From Auanema rhodensis (lineage: Eukaryota > Animalia > Nematoda), in the NCBI GenBank assembly GCA_964057225.1, contig CAXKVF010000086.1:124001-188000 (forward strand): 64,000 nt of DNA, written 5' to 3'. Position numbers and translations under genes: made by a program. Under the pieces are notes generated by a model that did not search any database, was not told where the DNA came from, and saw nothing but the letters and a program-made list of their open reading frames with translations. Of this stretch, positions 28,252 to 44,100 are shown piece after piece; the first letter of the stretch is position 1; the number at the start of each line of letters is the position of its first letter.

Positions 28252-30323
28252 ACCGCATCTCTTTATCTTTCACGTGAAGCGAGTTACATACCAAGTGCAC
28301 ATCACGTGTACATTTAATTAGCATAAATTAAAGTTCACGTAAATTTCAAAGTCATGGTTACCATGAACCAATATCAATAAAAATTTGTTCTTAGACTAAT
28401 ATGGACATGGGGAATCTAATTTTGAAAACCGCATCTCTTTATCTTTCACGTGAAGCGAGTTACATACCAAGTGCACATCACGTGTACATTTAATTAGCAT
28501 AAATTAAAGTTCACGTAAATTTCAAAGTCATGGTTACCATGAACCAATATCAATAAAAATTTGTTTTTAGACTAATATGGACATGGGGAATCTAATTTTG
28601 AAAACCGCATCTCTTTATCTTTCACGTGAAGCGAGTTACATACCAAGTGCACATCACGTGTACATTTAATTAGCATAAATTAAAGTTCACGTAAACATCA
28701 AAGTCATGGTTACCATGAAGCAATATCAATAAAAATTTGTTTTTAGACTAATATGGACATGGGGAATCTAATTTTGAAAACCGCATCTCTTTATCTTTCA
28801 CGTGAAGCGAGTTACATACCAAGTGCACATCACGTGTACATTTAATTAGCATAAATTAAAGTTCACGTAAATTTCAAAGTCATGGTTACCATGAACCAAT
28901 ATCAATAAAAATTTGTTTTTAGACTAATATGGACATGGGGAATCTAATTTTGAAAACCGCATCTCTTTATCTTTCACGTGAAGCGAGTTACATACCAAGT
29001 GCACATCACGTGTACATTTAATTAGCATAAATTAAAGTTCACGTAAATTTCAAAGTCATGGTTACCATGAACCAATATCAATAAAATTTTGTTTTTAGAC
29101 TAATATGGACATGGGGAATCTAATTTTGAAAACCGCATCTCTTTATCTTTCACGTGAAGCGAGTTACATACCAAGTGCACATCACGTGTACATTTAATTA
29201 GCATAAATTAAAGTTCACGTAAATTTCAAAGTCATGGTTACCATGAACCAATATCAATAAAAATTTGTTTTTAGACTAATATGGACATGGGGAATCTAAT
29301 TTTGAAAACCGCATCTCTTTATCTTTCACGTGAAGCGAGTTACATACCAAGTGCACATCACGTGTACATTTAATTAGCATAAATTAAAGTTCACGTAAAT
29401 TTCAAAGTCATGGTTACCATGAAGCAATATCAATAAAAATTTGTTTTTAGACTAATATGGACATGGGGAATTTAATTTTGAAAACCGCATCTCTTTATCT
29501 TTCACTTGAAGCGAGTTACATACCAAGTGCACATCACGTGTACATTTAATTAGCATAAATTAAAGTTCACGTAAATTTCAAAGTCATGGTTACCATGAAC
29601 CAATATCAATAAAAATTTGTTTTTAGACTAATATGGACATGGGGAATCTAATTTTGAAAACCGCATCTCTTTATCTTTCACGTGAAGCGAGTTACATACC
29701 AAGTGCACATCACGTGTACATTTAATTAGCATAAATTAAAGTTCACGTAAATTTCAAAGTCATGGTTACCATGAACCAATATCAATAAAAATTTGTTTTT
29801 AGACTAATATGGACATGGGGAATCTAATTTTGAAAACCGCATCTCTTTATCTTTCACGTGAAGCGAGTTACATACCAAGTGCACATCACGTGTACATTTA
29901 ATTAGCATAAATTAAAGTTCACGTAAATTTCAAAGTCATGGTTACCATGAACCAATATCAATAAAAATTTGTTTTTAGACTAATATGGACATGGGGAATC
30001 TAATTTTGAAAACCGCATCTCTTTATCTTTCACGTGAAGCGAGTTACATACCAAGTGCACATCACGTGTACATTTAATTAGCATAAATTAAAGTTCACGT
30101 AAATTTCAAAGTCATGGTTACCATGAAGCAATATCAATAAAAATTTGTTTTTAGACTAATATGGACATGGGGAATTTAATTTTGAAAACCGCATCTCTTT
30201 ATCTTTCACTTGAAGCGAGTTACATACCAAGTGCACATCACGTGTACATTTAATTAGCATAAATTAAAGTTCACGTAAATTTCAAAGTCATGGTTACCAT
30301 GAACCAATATCAATAAAAATTTG

Positions 30324-30327
30324 TTTT
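30324..30327. other. 1-bp deletion in a T run (T5 to T4), giving a 175-bp monomer
   Basis: TTGTTTTAGA instead of TTGTTTTTAGA; phase shifts by -1. Could be a homopolymer error. Confidence 0.85.
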
Positions 30328-32826
30328 AGACTAATATGGACATGGGGAATCTAATTTTGAAAACCGCATCTCTTTATCTTTCACGTGAAGCGAGTTACAT
30401 ACCAAGTGCACATCACGTGTACATTTAATTAGCATAAATTAAAGTTCACGTAAATTTCAAAGTCATGGTTACCATGAACCAATATCAATAAAAATTTGTT
30501 TTTAGACTAATATGGACATGGGGAATTTAATTTTGAAAACCGCATCTCTTTATCTTTCACTTGAAGCGAGTTACATACCAAGTGCACATCACGTGTACAT
30601 TTAATTAGCATAAATTAAAGTTCACGTAAACTTCAAAGTCATGGTTACCGTGAAGCAATATCAATAAAAATTTGTTTTTAGACTAATATGGACATGGGGA
30701 ATCTAATTTTGAAAACCGCATCTCTTTATCTTTCACGTGAAGCGAGTTACATACCAAGTGCACATCACGTGTACATTTAATTAGCATAAATTAAAGTTCA
30801 CGTAAATTTCAAAGTCATGGTTACCATGAACCAATATCAATAAAAATTTGTTTTTAGACTAATATGGACATGGGGAATCTAATTTTGAAAACCGCATCTC
30901 TTTATCTTTCACGTGAAGCGAGTTACATACCAAGTGCACATCACGTGTACATTTAATTAGCATAAATTAAAGTTCACGTAAATTTCAAAGTCATGGTTAC
31001 CATGAACCAATATCAATAAAAATTTGTTTTTAGACTAATATGGACATGGGGAATCTAATTTTGAAAACCGCATCTCTTTATCTTTCACGTGAAGCGAGTT
31101 ACATACCAAGTGCACATCACGTGTACATTTAATTAGCATAAATTAAAGTTCACGTAAATTTCAAAGTCATGGTTACCATGCACCAATATCAATAAAAATT
31201 TGTTCTTAGACTAATATGGACATGGGGAATCTAATTTTGAAAACCGCATCTCTTTATCTTTCACGTGAAGCGAGTTACATACCAAGTGCACATCACGTGT
31301 ACATTTAATTAGCATAAATTAAAGTTCACGTAAACTTCAAAGTCATGGTTACCATGAAGCAATATCAATAAAAATTTGTTTTTAGACTAATATGGACATG
31401 GGGAATCTAATTTTGAAAACCGCATCTCTTTATCTTTCACGTGAAGCGAGTTACATACCAAGTGCACATCACGTGTACATTTAATTAGCATAAATTAAAG
31501 TTCACGTAAATTTCAAAGTCATGGTTACCATGAACCAATATCAATAAAAATTTGTTTTTAGACTAATATGGACATGGGGAATCTAATTTTGAAAACCGCA
31601 TCTCTTTATCTTTCACGTGAAGCGAGTTACATACCAAGTGCACATCACGTGTACATTTAATTAGCATAAATTAAAGTTCACGTAAATTTCAAAGTCATGG
31701 TTACCATGCACCAATATCAATAAAAATTTGTTCTTAGACTAATATGGACATGGGGAATCTAATTTTGAAAACCGCATCTCTTTATCTTTCACGTGAAGCG
31801 AGTTACATACCAAGTGCACATCACGTGTACATTTAATTAGCATAAATTAAAGTTCACGTAAACTTCAAAGTCATGGTTACCATGAAGCAATATCAATAAA
31901 AATTTGTTTTTAGACTAATATGGACATGGGGAATCTAATTTTGAAAACCGCATCTCTTTATCTTTCACGTGAAGCGAGTTACATACCAAGTGCACATCAC
32001 GTGTACATTTAATTAGCATAAATTAAAGTTCACGTAAATTTCAAAGTCATGGTTACCATGAACCAATATCAATAAAAATTTGTTTTTAGACTAATATGGA
32101 CATGGGGAATCTAATTTTGAAAACCGCATCTCTTTATCTTTCACGTGAAGCGAGTTACATACCAAGTGCACATCACGTGTACATTTAATTAGCATAAATT
32201 AATGTTCACGTAAATTTCAAAGTCATGGTTACCATGAACCAATATCAATAAAAATTTGTTTTTAGACTAATATGGACATGGGGAATCTAATTTTGAAAAC
32301 CGCATCTCTTTATCTTTCACGTGAAGCGAGTTACATACCAAGTGCACATCACGTGTACATTTAATTAGCATAAATTAAAGTTCACGTAAATTTCAAAGTC
32401 ATGGTTACCATGAACCAATATCAATAAAAATTTGTTTTTAGACTAATATGGACATGGGGAATCTAATTTTGAAAACCGCATCTCTTTATCTTTCACGTGA
32501 AGCGAGTTACATACCAAGTGCACATCACGTGTACATTTAATTAGCATAAATTAAAGTTCACGTAAATTTCAAAGTCATGGTTACCATGAACCAATATCAA
32601 TAAAAATTTGTTTTTAGACTAATATGGACATGGGGAATCTAATTTTGAAAACCGCATCTCTTTATCTTTCACGTGAAGCGAGTTACATACCAAGTGCACA
32701 TCACGTGTACATTTAATTAGCATAAATTAAAGTTCACGTAAATTTCAAAGTCATGGTTACCATGAACCAATATCAATAAAAATTTGTTTTTAGACTAATA
32801 TGGACATGGGGAATCTAATTTTGAAA

Positions 32827-34938
32827 ACCGCATCTCTTTATCTTTCACGTGAAGCGAGTTACATACCAAGTGCACATCACGTGTACATTTAATTAGCATA
32901 AATTAAAGTTCACGTAAATTTCAAAGTCATGGTTACCATGCACCAATATCAATAAAAATTTGTTCTTAGACTAATATGGACATGGGGAATCTAATTTTGA
33001 AAACCGCATCTCTTTATCTTTCACGTGAAGCGAGTTACATACCAAGTGCACATCACGTGTACATTTAATTAGCATAAATTAAAGTTCACGTAAACTTCAA
33101 AGTCATGGTTACCATGAAGCAATATCAATAAAAATTTGTTTTTAGACTAATATGGACATGGGGAATCTAATTTTGAAAACCGCATCTCTTTATCTTTCAC
33201 GTGAAGCGAGTTACATACCAAGTGCACATCACGTGTACATTTAATTAGCATAAATTAAAGTTCACGTAAATTTCAAAGTCATGGTTACCATGAACCAATA
33301 TCAATAAAAATTTGTTCTTAGACTAATATGGACATGGGGAATCTAATTTTGAAAACCGCATCTCTTTATCTTTCACGTGAAGCGAGTTACATACCAAGTG
33401 CACATCACGTGTACATTTAATTAGCATAAATTAAAGTTCACGTAAATTTCAAAGTCATGGTTACCATGAACCAATATCAATAAAAATTTGTTTTTAGACT
33501 AATATGGACATGGGGAATCTAATTTTGAAAACCGCATCTCTTTATCTTTCACGTGAAGCGAGTTACATACCAAGTGCACATCACGTGTACATTTAATTAG
33601 CATAAATTAAAGTTCACGTAAACTTCAAAGTCATGGTTACCATGAAGCAATATCAATAAAAATTTGTTTTTAGACTAATATGGACATGGGGAATCTAATT
33701 TTGAAAACCGCATCTCTTTATCTTTCACGTGAAGCGAGTTACATACCAAGTGCACATCACGTGTACATTTAATTAGCATAAATTAAAGTTCACGTAAATT
33801 TCAAAGTCATGGTTACCATGAACCAATATCAATAAAAATTTGTTTTTAGACTAATATGGACATGGGGAATCTAATTTTGAAAACCGCATCTCTTTATCTT
33901 TCACGTGAAGCGAGTTACATACCAAGTGCACATCACGTGTACATTTAATTAGCATAAATTAAAGTTCACGTAAATTTCAAAGTCATGGTTACCATGCACC
34001 AATATCAATAAAAATTTGTTCTTAGACTAATATGGACATGGGGAATCTAATTTTGAAAACCGCATCTCTTTATCTTTCACGTGAAGCGAGTTACATACCA
34101 AGTGCACATCACGTGTACATTTAATTAGCATAAATTAAAGTTCACGTAAACTTCAAAGTCATGGTTACCATGAAGCAATATCAATAAAAATTTGTTTTTA
34201 GACTAATATGGACATGGGGAATCTAATTTTGAAAACCGCATCTCTTTATCTTTCACGTGAAGCGAGTTACATACCAAGTGCACATCACGTGTACATTTAA
34301 TTAGCATAAATTAAAGTTCACGTAAATTTCAAAGTCATGGTTACCATGAACCAATATCAATAAAAATTTGTTCTTAGACTAATATGGACATGGGGAATCT
34401 AATTTTGAAAACCGCATCTCTTTATCTTTCACGTGAAGCGAGTTACATACCAAGTGCACATCACGTGTACATTTAATTAGCATAAATTAAAGTTCACGTA
34501 AATTTCAAAGTCATGGTTACCATGAACCAATATCAATAAAAATTTGTTTTTAGACTAATATGGACATGGGGAATCTAATTTTGAAAACCGCATCTCTTTA
34601 TCTTTCACGTGAAGCGAGTTACATACCAAGTGCACATCACGTGTACATTTAATTAGCATAAATTAAAGTTCACGTAAACTTCAAAGTCATGGTTACCATG
34701 AAGCAATATCAATAAAAATTTGTTTTTAGACTAATATGGACATGGGGAATCTAATTTTGAAAACCGCATCTCTTTATCTTTCACGTGAAGCGAGTTACAT
34801 ACCAAGTGCACATCACGTGTACATTTAATTAGCATAAATTAAAGTTCACGTAAATTTCAAAGTCATGGTTACCATGAACCAATATCAATAAAAATTTGTT
34901 TTTAGACTAATATGGACATGGGGAATCTAATTTTGAAA
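32827..34938. repeat. 6-monomer unit (1056 bp), two tandem copies
   Basis: T139C 32965/34021 and 33317/34373; T93C 33095/34151 and 33623/34679. Confidence 0.85.
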
Positions 34939-35994
34939 ACCGCATCTCTTTATCTTTCACGTGAAGCGAGTTACATACCAAGTGCACATCACGTGTACAT
35001 TTAATTAGCATAAATTAAAGTTCACGTAAATTTCAAAGTCATGGTTACCATGAACCAATATCAATAAAAATTTGTTTTTAGACTAATATGGACATGGGGA
35101 ATCTAATTTTGAAAACCGCATCTCTTTATCTTTCACGTGAAGCGAGTTACATACCAAGTGCACATCACGTGTACATTTAATTAGCATAAATTAAAGTTCA
35201 CGTAAATTTCAAAGTCATGGTTACCATGAACCAATATCAATAAAAATTTGTTTTTAGACTAATATGGACATGGGGAATCTAATTTTGAAAACCGCATCTC
35301 TTTATCTTTCACGTGAAGCGAGTTACATACCAAGTGCACATCACGTGTACATTTAATTACCATAAATTAAAGTTCACGTAAATTTCAAAGTCATGGTTAC
35401 CATGAACCAATATCAATAAAAATTTGTTTTTAGACTAATATGGACATGGGGAATCTAATTTTGAAAACCGCATCTCTTTATCTTTCACGTGAAGCGAGTT
35501 ACATACCAAGTGCACATCACGTGTACATTTAATTAGCATAAATTAAAGTTCACGTAAAATTCAAAGTCATGGTTACCATGAACCAATATCAATAAAAATT
35601 TGTTTTTAGACTAATATGGACATGGGGAATCTAATTTTGAAAACCGCATCTCTTTATCTTTCACGTGAAGCGAGTTACATACCAAGTGCACATCACGTGT
35701 ACATTTAATTAGCATAAATTAAAGTTCACGTAAACTTCAAAGTCATGGTTACCATGAACCAATATCAATAAAAATTTGTTTTTAGACTAATATGGACATG
35801 GGGAATCTAATTTTGAAAACCGCATCTCTTTATCTTTCACGTGAAGCGAGTTACATACCAAGTGCACATCACGTGTACATTTAATTAGCATAAATTAAAG
35901 TTCACGTAAATTTCAAAGTCATGGTTACCATGAACCAATATCAATAAAAATTTGTTTTTAGACTAATATGGACATGGGGAATCTAATTTTGAAA

Positions 35995-38106
35995 ACCGCA
36001 TCTCTTTATCTTTCACGTGAAGCGAGTTACATACCAAGTGCACATCACGTGTACATTTAATTAGCATAAATTAAAGTTCACGTAAATTTCAAAGTCATGG
36101 TTACCATGCACCAATATCAATAAAAATTTGTTCTTAGACTAATATGGACATGGGGAATCTAATTTTGAAAACCGCATCTCTTTATCTTTCACGTGAAGCG
36201 AGTTACATACCAAGTGCACATCACGTGTACATTTAATTAGCATAAATTAAAGTTCACGTAAATTTCAAAGTCATGGTTACCATGAACCAATATCAATAAA
36301 AATTTGTTTTTAGACTAATATGGACATGGGGAATCTAATTTTGAAAACCGCATCTCTTTATCTTTCACGTGAAGCGAGTTACATACCAAGTGCACATCAC
36401 GTGTACATTTAATTAGCATAAATTAAAGTTCACGTAAACTTCAAAGTCATGGTTACCATGAAGCAATATCAATAAAAATTTGTTTTTAGACTAATATGGA
36501 CATGGGGAATCTAATTTTGAAAACCGCATCTCTTTATCTTTCACGTGAAGCGAGTTACATACCAAGTGCACATCACGTGTACATTTAATTAGCATAAATT
36601 AAAGTTCACGTAAATTTCAAAGTCATGGTTACCATGAACCAATATCAATAAAAATTTGTTCTTAGACTAATATGGACATGGGGAATCTAATTTTGAAAAC
36701 CGCATCTCTTTATCTTTCACGTGAAGCGAGTTACATACCAAGTGCACATCACGTGTACATTTAATTAGCATAAATTAAAGTTCACGTAAATTTCAAAGTC
36801 ATGGTTACCATGAACCAATATCAATAAAAATTTGTTTTTAGACTAATATGGACATGGGGAATCTAATTTTGAAAACCGCATCTCTTTATCTTTCACGTGA
36901 AGCGAGTTACATACCAAGTGCACATCACGTGTACATTTAATTAGCATAAATTAAAGTTCACGTAAACTTCAAAGTCATGGTTACCATGAAGCAATATCAA
37001 TAAAAATTTGTTTTTAGACTAATATGGACATGGGGAATCTAATTTTGAAAACCGCATCTCTTTATCTTTCACGTGAAGCGAGTTACATACCAAGTGCACA
37101 TCACGTGTACATTTAATTAGCATAAATTAAAGTTCACGTAAATTTCAAAGTCATGGTTACCATGCACCAATATCAATAAAAATTTGTTCTTAGACTAATA
37201 TGGACATGGGGAATCTAATTTTGAAAACCGCATCTCTTTATCTTTCACGTGAAGCGAGTTACATACCAAGTGCACATCACGTGTACATTTAATTAGCATA
37301 AATTAAAGTTCACGTAAATTTCAAAGTCATGGTTACCATGAACCAATATCAATAAAAATTTGTTTTTAGACTAATATGGACATGGGGAATCTAATTTTGA
37401 AAACCGCATCTCTTTATCTTTCACGTGAAGCGAGTTACATACCAAGTGCACATCACGTGTACATTTAATTAGCATAAATTAAAGTTCACGTAAACTTCAA
37501 AGTCATGGTTACCATGAAGCAATATCAATAAAAATTTGTTTTTAGACTAATATGGACATGGGGAATCTAATTTTGAAAACCGCATCTCTTTATCTTTCAC
37601 GTGAAGCGAGTTACATACCAAGTGCACATCACGTGTACATTTAATTAGCATAAATTAAAGTTCACGTAAATTTCAAAGTCATGGTTACCATGAACCAATA
37701 TCAATAAAAATTTGTTCTTAGACTAATATGGACATGGGGAATCTAATTTTGAAAACCGCATCTCTTTATCTTTCACGTGAAGCGAGTTACATACCAAGTG
37801 CACATCACGTGTACATTTAATTAGCATAAATTAAAGTTCACGTAAATTTCAAAGTCATGGTTACCATGAACCAATATCAATAAAAATTTGTTTTTAGACT
37901 AATATGGACATGGGGAATCTAATTTTGAAAACCGCATCTCTTTATCTTTCACGTGAAGCGAGTTACATACCAAGTGCACATCACGTGTACATTTAATTAG
38001 CATAAATTAAAGTTCACGTAAACTTCAAAGTCATGGTTACCATGAAGCAATATCAATAAAAATTTGTTTTTAGACTAATATGGACATGGGGAATCTAATT
38101 TTGAAA
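35995..38106. repeat. 3-monomer unit (528 bp) x4, itself arranged as two 6-mers
   Basis: T139C at 36133, 36661, 37189, 37717; T93C at 36439, 36967, 37495, 38023. Position 115 alternates C/A in successive T139C monomers. Confidence 0.9.
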
Positions 38107-41100
38107 ACCGCATCTCTTTATCTTTCACGTGAAGCGAGTTACATACCAAGTGCACATCACGTGTACATTTAATTAGCATAAATTAAAGTTCACGTAAATT
38201 TCAAAGTCATGGTTACCATGAACCAATATCAATAAAAATTTGTTTTCAGACTAATATGGACATGGGGAATCTAATTTTGAAAACCGCATCTCTTTATCTT
38301 TCACGTGAAGCGAGTTACATACCAAGTGCACATCACGTGTACATTTAATTAGCATAAATTAAAGTTCACGTAAATTTCAAAGTCATGGTTACCATGAACC
38401 AATATCAATAAAAATTTGTTTTTAGACTAATATGGACATGGGGAATCTAATTTTGAAAACCGCATCTCTTTATCTTTCACGTGAAGCGAGTTACATACCA
38501 AGTGCACATCACGTGTACATTTAATTAGCATAAATTAAAGTTCACGTAAATTTCAAAGTCATGGTTACCATGAACCAATATCAATAAAAATTTGTTTTTA
38601 GACTAATATGGACATGGGGAATCTAATTTTGAAAACCGCATCTCTTTATCTTTCACGTGAAGCGAGTTACATACCAAGTGCACATCACGTGTACATTTAA
38701 TTAGCATAAATTAAAGTTCACGTAAACTTCAAAGTCATGGTTACCATGCACCAATATCAATAAAAATTTGTTTTTAGACTAATATGGACATGGGGAATCT
38801 AATTTTGAAAACCGCATCTCTTTATCTTTCACGTGAAGCGAGTTACATACCAAGTGCACATCACGTGTACATTTAATTAGCATAAATTAAAGTTCACGTA
38901 AATTTCAAAGTCATGGTTACCATGAACCAATATCAATAAAAATTTGTTTTTAGACTAATATGGACATGGGGAATCTAATTTTGAAAACCGCATCTCTTTA
39001 TCTTTCACGTGAAGCGAGTTACATACCAAGTGCACATCACGTGTACATTTAATTAGCATAAATTAAAGTTCACGTAAATTTCAAAGTCATGGTTACCATG
39101 AACCAATATCAATAAAAATTTGTTTTTAGACTAATATGGACATGGGGAATCTAATTTTGAAAACCGCATCTCTTTATCTTTCACGTGAAGCGAGTTACAT
39201 ACCAAGTGCACATCACGTGTACATTTAATTAGCATAAATTAAAGTTCACGTAAATTTCAAAGTCATGGTTACCATGAAGCAATATCAATAAAAATTTGTT
39301 TTTAGACTAATATGGACATGGGGAATCTAATTTTGAAAACCGCATCTCTTTATCTTTCACGTGAAGCGAGTTACATACCAAGTGCACATCACGTGTACAT
39401 TTAATTAGCATAAATTAAAGTTCACGTAAATTTCAAAGTCATGGTTACCATGAACCAATATCAATAAAAATTTGTTTTTAGACTAATATGGACATGGGGA
39501 ATCTAATTTTGAAAACCGCATCTCTTTATCTTTCACGTGAAGCGAGTTACATACCAAGTGCACATCACGTGTACATTTAATTAGCATAAATTAAAGTTCA
39601 CGTAAATTTCAAAGTCATGGTTACCATGAACCAATATAAATAAAAATTTGTTTTTAGACTAATATGGACATGGGGAATCTAATTTTGAAAACCGCATCTC
39701 TTTATCTTTCACGTGAAGCGAGTTACATACCAAGTGCACATCACGTGTACATTTAATTAGCATAAATTAAAGTTCACGTAAATTTCAAAGTCATGGTTAC
39801 CATGAACCAATATCAATAAAAATTTGTTTTTAGACTAATATGGACATGGGGAATCTAATTTTGAAAACCGCATCTCTTTATCTTTCACGTGAAGCGAGTT
39901 ACATACCAAGTGCACATCACGTGTACATTTAATTAGCATAAATTAAAGTTCACGTAAATTTCAAAGTCATGGTTACCATGCACCAATATCAATAAAAATT
40001 TGTTCTTAGACTAATATGGACATGGGGAATCTAATTTTGAAAACCGCATCTCTTTATCTTTCACGTGAAGCGAGTTACATACCAAGTGCACATCACGTGT
40101 ACATTTAATTAGCATAAATTAAAGTTCACGTAAATTTCAAAGTCATGGTTACCATGAACCAATATCAATAAAAATTTGTTTTTAGACTAATATGGACATG
40201 GGGAATCTAATTTTGAAAACCGCATCTCTTTATCTTTCACGTGAAGCGAGTTACATACCAAGTGCACATCACGTGTACATTTAATTAGCATAAATTAAAG
40301 TTCACGTAAATTTCAAAGTCATGGTTACCATGAACCAATATCAATAAAAATTTGTTCTTAGACTAATATGGACATGGGGAATCTAATTTTGAAAACCGCA
40401 TCTCTTTATCTTTCACGTGAAGCGAGTTACATACCAAGTGCACATCACGTGTACATTTAATTAGCATAAATTAAAGTTCACGTAAATTTCAAAGTCATGG
40501 TTACCATGAACCAATATCAATAAAAATTTGTTTTTAGACTAATATGGACATGGGGAATCTAATTTTGAAAACCGCATCTCTTTATCTTTCACGTGAAGCG
40601 AGTTACATACCAAGTGCACATCACGTGTACATTTAATTAGCATAAATTAAAGTTCACGTAAATTTCAAAGTCATGGTTACCATGAAGCAATATCAATAAA
40701 AATTTGTTTTTAGACTAATATGGACATGGGGAATCTAATTTTGAAAACCGCATCTCTTTATCTTTCACGTGAAGCGAGTTACATACCAAGTGCACATCAC
40801 GTGTACATTTAATTAGCATAAATTAAAGTTCACGTAAATTTCAAAGTCATGGTTACCATGAACCAATATCAATAAAAATTTGTTCTTAGACTAATATGGA
40901 CATGGGGAATCTAATTTTGAAAACCGCATCTCTTTATCTTTCACGTGAAGCGAGTTACATACCAAGTGCACATCACGTGTACATTTAATTAGCATAAATT
41001 AAAGTTCACGTAAATTTCAAAGTCATGGTTACCATGAACCAATATCAATAAAAATTTGTTTTTAGACTAATATGGACATGGGGAATCTAATTTTGAAAAC

Positions 41101-44100
41101 CGCATCTCTTTATCTTTCACGTGAAGCGAGTTACATACCAAGTGCACATCACGTGTACATTTAGTTAGCATAAATTAAAGTTCACGTAAACTTCAAAGTC
41201 ATGGTTACCATGAACCAATATCAATAAAAATTTGTTCTTAGACTAATATGGACATGGGGAATCTAATTTTGAAAACCGCATCTCTTTATCTTTCACGTGA
41301 AGCGAGTTACATACCAAGTGCACATCACGTGTACATTTAATTAGCATAAATTAAAGTTCACGTAAATTTCAAAGTCATGGTTACCATGAACCAATATCAA
41401 TAAAAATTTGTTTTTAGACTAATATGGACATGGGGAATCTAATTTTGAAAACCGCATCTCTTTATCTTTCACGTGAAGCGAGTTACATACCAAGTGCACA
41501 TCACGTGTACATTTAATTAGCATAAATTAAAGTTCACGTAAATTTCAAAGTCATGGTTACCATGAAGCAATATCAATAAAAATTTGTTTTTAGACTAATA
41601 TGGACATGGGGAATCTAATTTTGAAAACCGCATCTCTTTATCTTTCACGTGAAGCGAGTTACATACCAAGTGCACATCACGTGTACATTTAATTAGCATA
41701 AATTAAAGTTCACGTAAATTTCAAAGTCATGGTTACCATGAACCAATATCAATAAAAATTTGTTCTTAGACTAATATGGACATGGGGAATCTAATTTTGA
41801 AAACCGCATCTCTTTATCTTTCACGTGAAGCGAGTTACATACCAAGTGCACATCACGTGTACATTTAATTAGCATAAATTAAAGTTCACGTAAATTTCAA
41901 AGTCATGGTTACCATGAACCAATATCAATAAAAATTTGTTTTTAGACTAATATGGACATGGGGAATCTAATTTTGAAAACCGCATCTCTTTATCTTTCAC
42001 GTGAAGCGAGTTACATACCAAGTGCACATCACGTGTACATTTAGTTAGCATAAATTAAAGTTCACGTAAACTTCAAAGTCATGGTTACCATGAAGCAATA
42101 TCAATAAAAATTTGTTTTTAGACTAATATGGACATGGGGAATCTAATTTTGAAAACCGCATCTCTTTATCTTTCACGTGAAGCGAGTTACATACCAAGTG
42201 CACATCACGTGTACATTTAATTAGCATAAATTAAAGTTCACGTAAATTTCAAAGTCATGGTTACCATGAACCAATATCAATAAAAATTTGTTCTTAGACT
42301 AATATGGACATGGGGAATCTAATTTTGAAAACCGCATCTCTTTATCTTTCACGTGAAGCGAGTTACATACCAAGTGCACATCACGTGTACATTTAATTAG
42401 CATAAATTAAAGTTCACGTAAATTTCAAAGTCATGGTTACCATGAACCAATATCAATAAAAATTTGTTTTTAGACTAATATGGACATGGGGAATCTAATT
42501 TTGAAAACCGCATCTCTTTATCTTTCACGTGAAGCGAGTTACATACCAAGTGCACATCACGTGTACATTTAATTAGCATAAATTAAAGTTCACGTAAATT
42601 TCAAAGTCATGGTTACCATGAAGCAATATCAATAAAAATTTGTTTTTAGACTAATATGGACATGGGGAATCTAATTTTGAAAACCGCATCTCTTTATCTT
42701 TCACGTGAAGCGAGTTACATACCAAGTGCACATCACGTGTACATTTAATTAGCATAAATTAAAGTTCACGTAAATTTCAAAGTCATGGTTACCATGAACC
42801 AATATCAATAAAAATTTGTTTTTAGACTAATATGGACATGGGGAATCTAATTTTGAAAACCGCATCTCTTTATCTTTCACGTGAAGCGAGTTACATACCA
42901 AGTGCACATCACGTGTACATTTAATTAGCATAAATTAAAGTTCACGTAAACTTCAAAGTCATGGTTACCATGAAGCAATATCAATAAAAATTTGTTTTTA
43001 GACTAATATGGACATGGGGAATCTAATTTTGAAAACCGCATCTCTTTATCTTTCACGTGAAGCGAGTTACATACCAAGTGCACATCACGTGTACATTTAA
43101 TTAGCATAAATTAAAGTTCACGTAAATTTCAAAGTCATGGTTACCATGAACCAATATCAATAAAAATTTGTTCTTAGACTAATATGGACATGGGGAATCT
43201 AATTTTGAAAACCGCATCTCTTTATCTTTCACGTGAAGCGAGTTACATACCAAGTGCACATCACGTGTACATTTAATTAGCATAAATTAAAGTTCACGTA
43301 AATTTCAAAGTCATGGTTACCATGAACCAATATCAATAAAAATTTGTTTTTAGACTAATATGGACATGGGGAATCTAATTTTGAAAACCGCATCTCTTTA
43401 TCTTTCACGTGAAGCGAGTTACATACCAAGTGCACATCACGTGTACATTTAATTAGCATAAATTAAAGTTCACGTAAATTTCAAAGTCATGGTTACCATG
43501 CACCAATATCAATAAAAATTTGTTCTTAGACTAATATGGACATGGGGAATCTAATTTTGAAAACCGCATCTCTTTATCTTTCACGTGAAGCGAGTTACAT
43601 ACCAAGTGCACATCACGTGTACATTTAATTAGCATAAATTAAAGTTCACGTAAATTTCAAAGTCATGGTTACCATGAACCAATATCAATAAAAATTTGTT
43701 TTTAGACTAATATGGACATGGGGAATCTAATTTTGAAAACCGCATCTCTTTATCTTTCACGTGAAGCGAGTTACATACCAAGTGCACATCACGTGTACAT
43801 TTAATTAGCATAAATTAAAGTTCACGTAAACTTCAAAGTCATGGTTACCATGAAGCAATATCAATAAAAATTTGTTTTTAGACTAATATGGACATGGGGA
43901 ATCTAATTTTGAAAACCGCATCTCTTTATCTTTCACGTGAAGCGAGTTACATACCAAGTGCACATCACGTGTACATTTAATTAGCATAAATTAAAGTACA
44001 CGTAAATTTCAAAGTCATGGTTACCATGCACCAATATCAATAAAAATTTGTTCTTAGACTAATATGGACATGGGGAATCTAATTTTGAAAACCGCATCTC

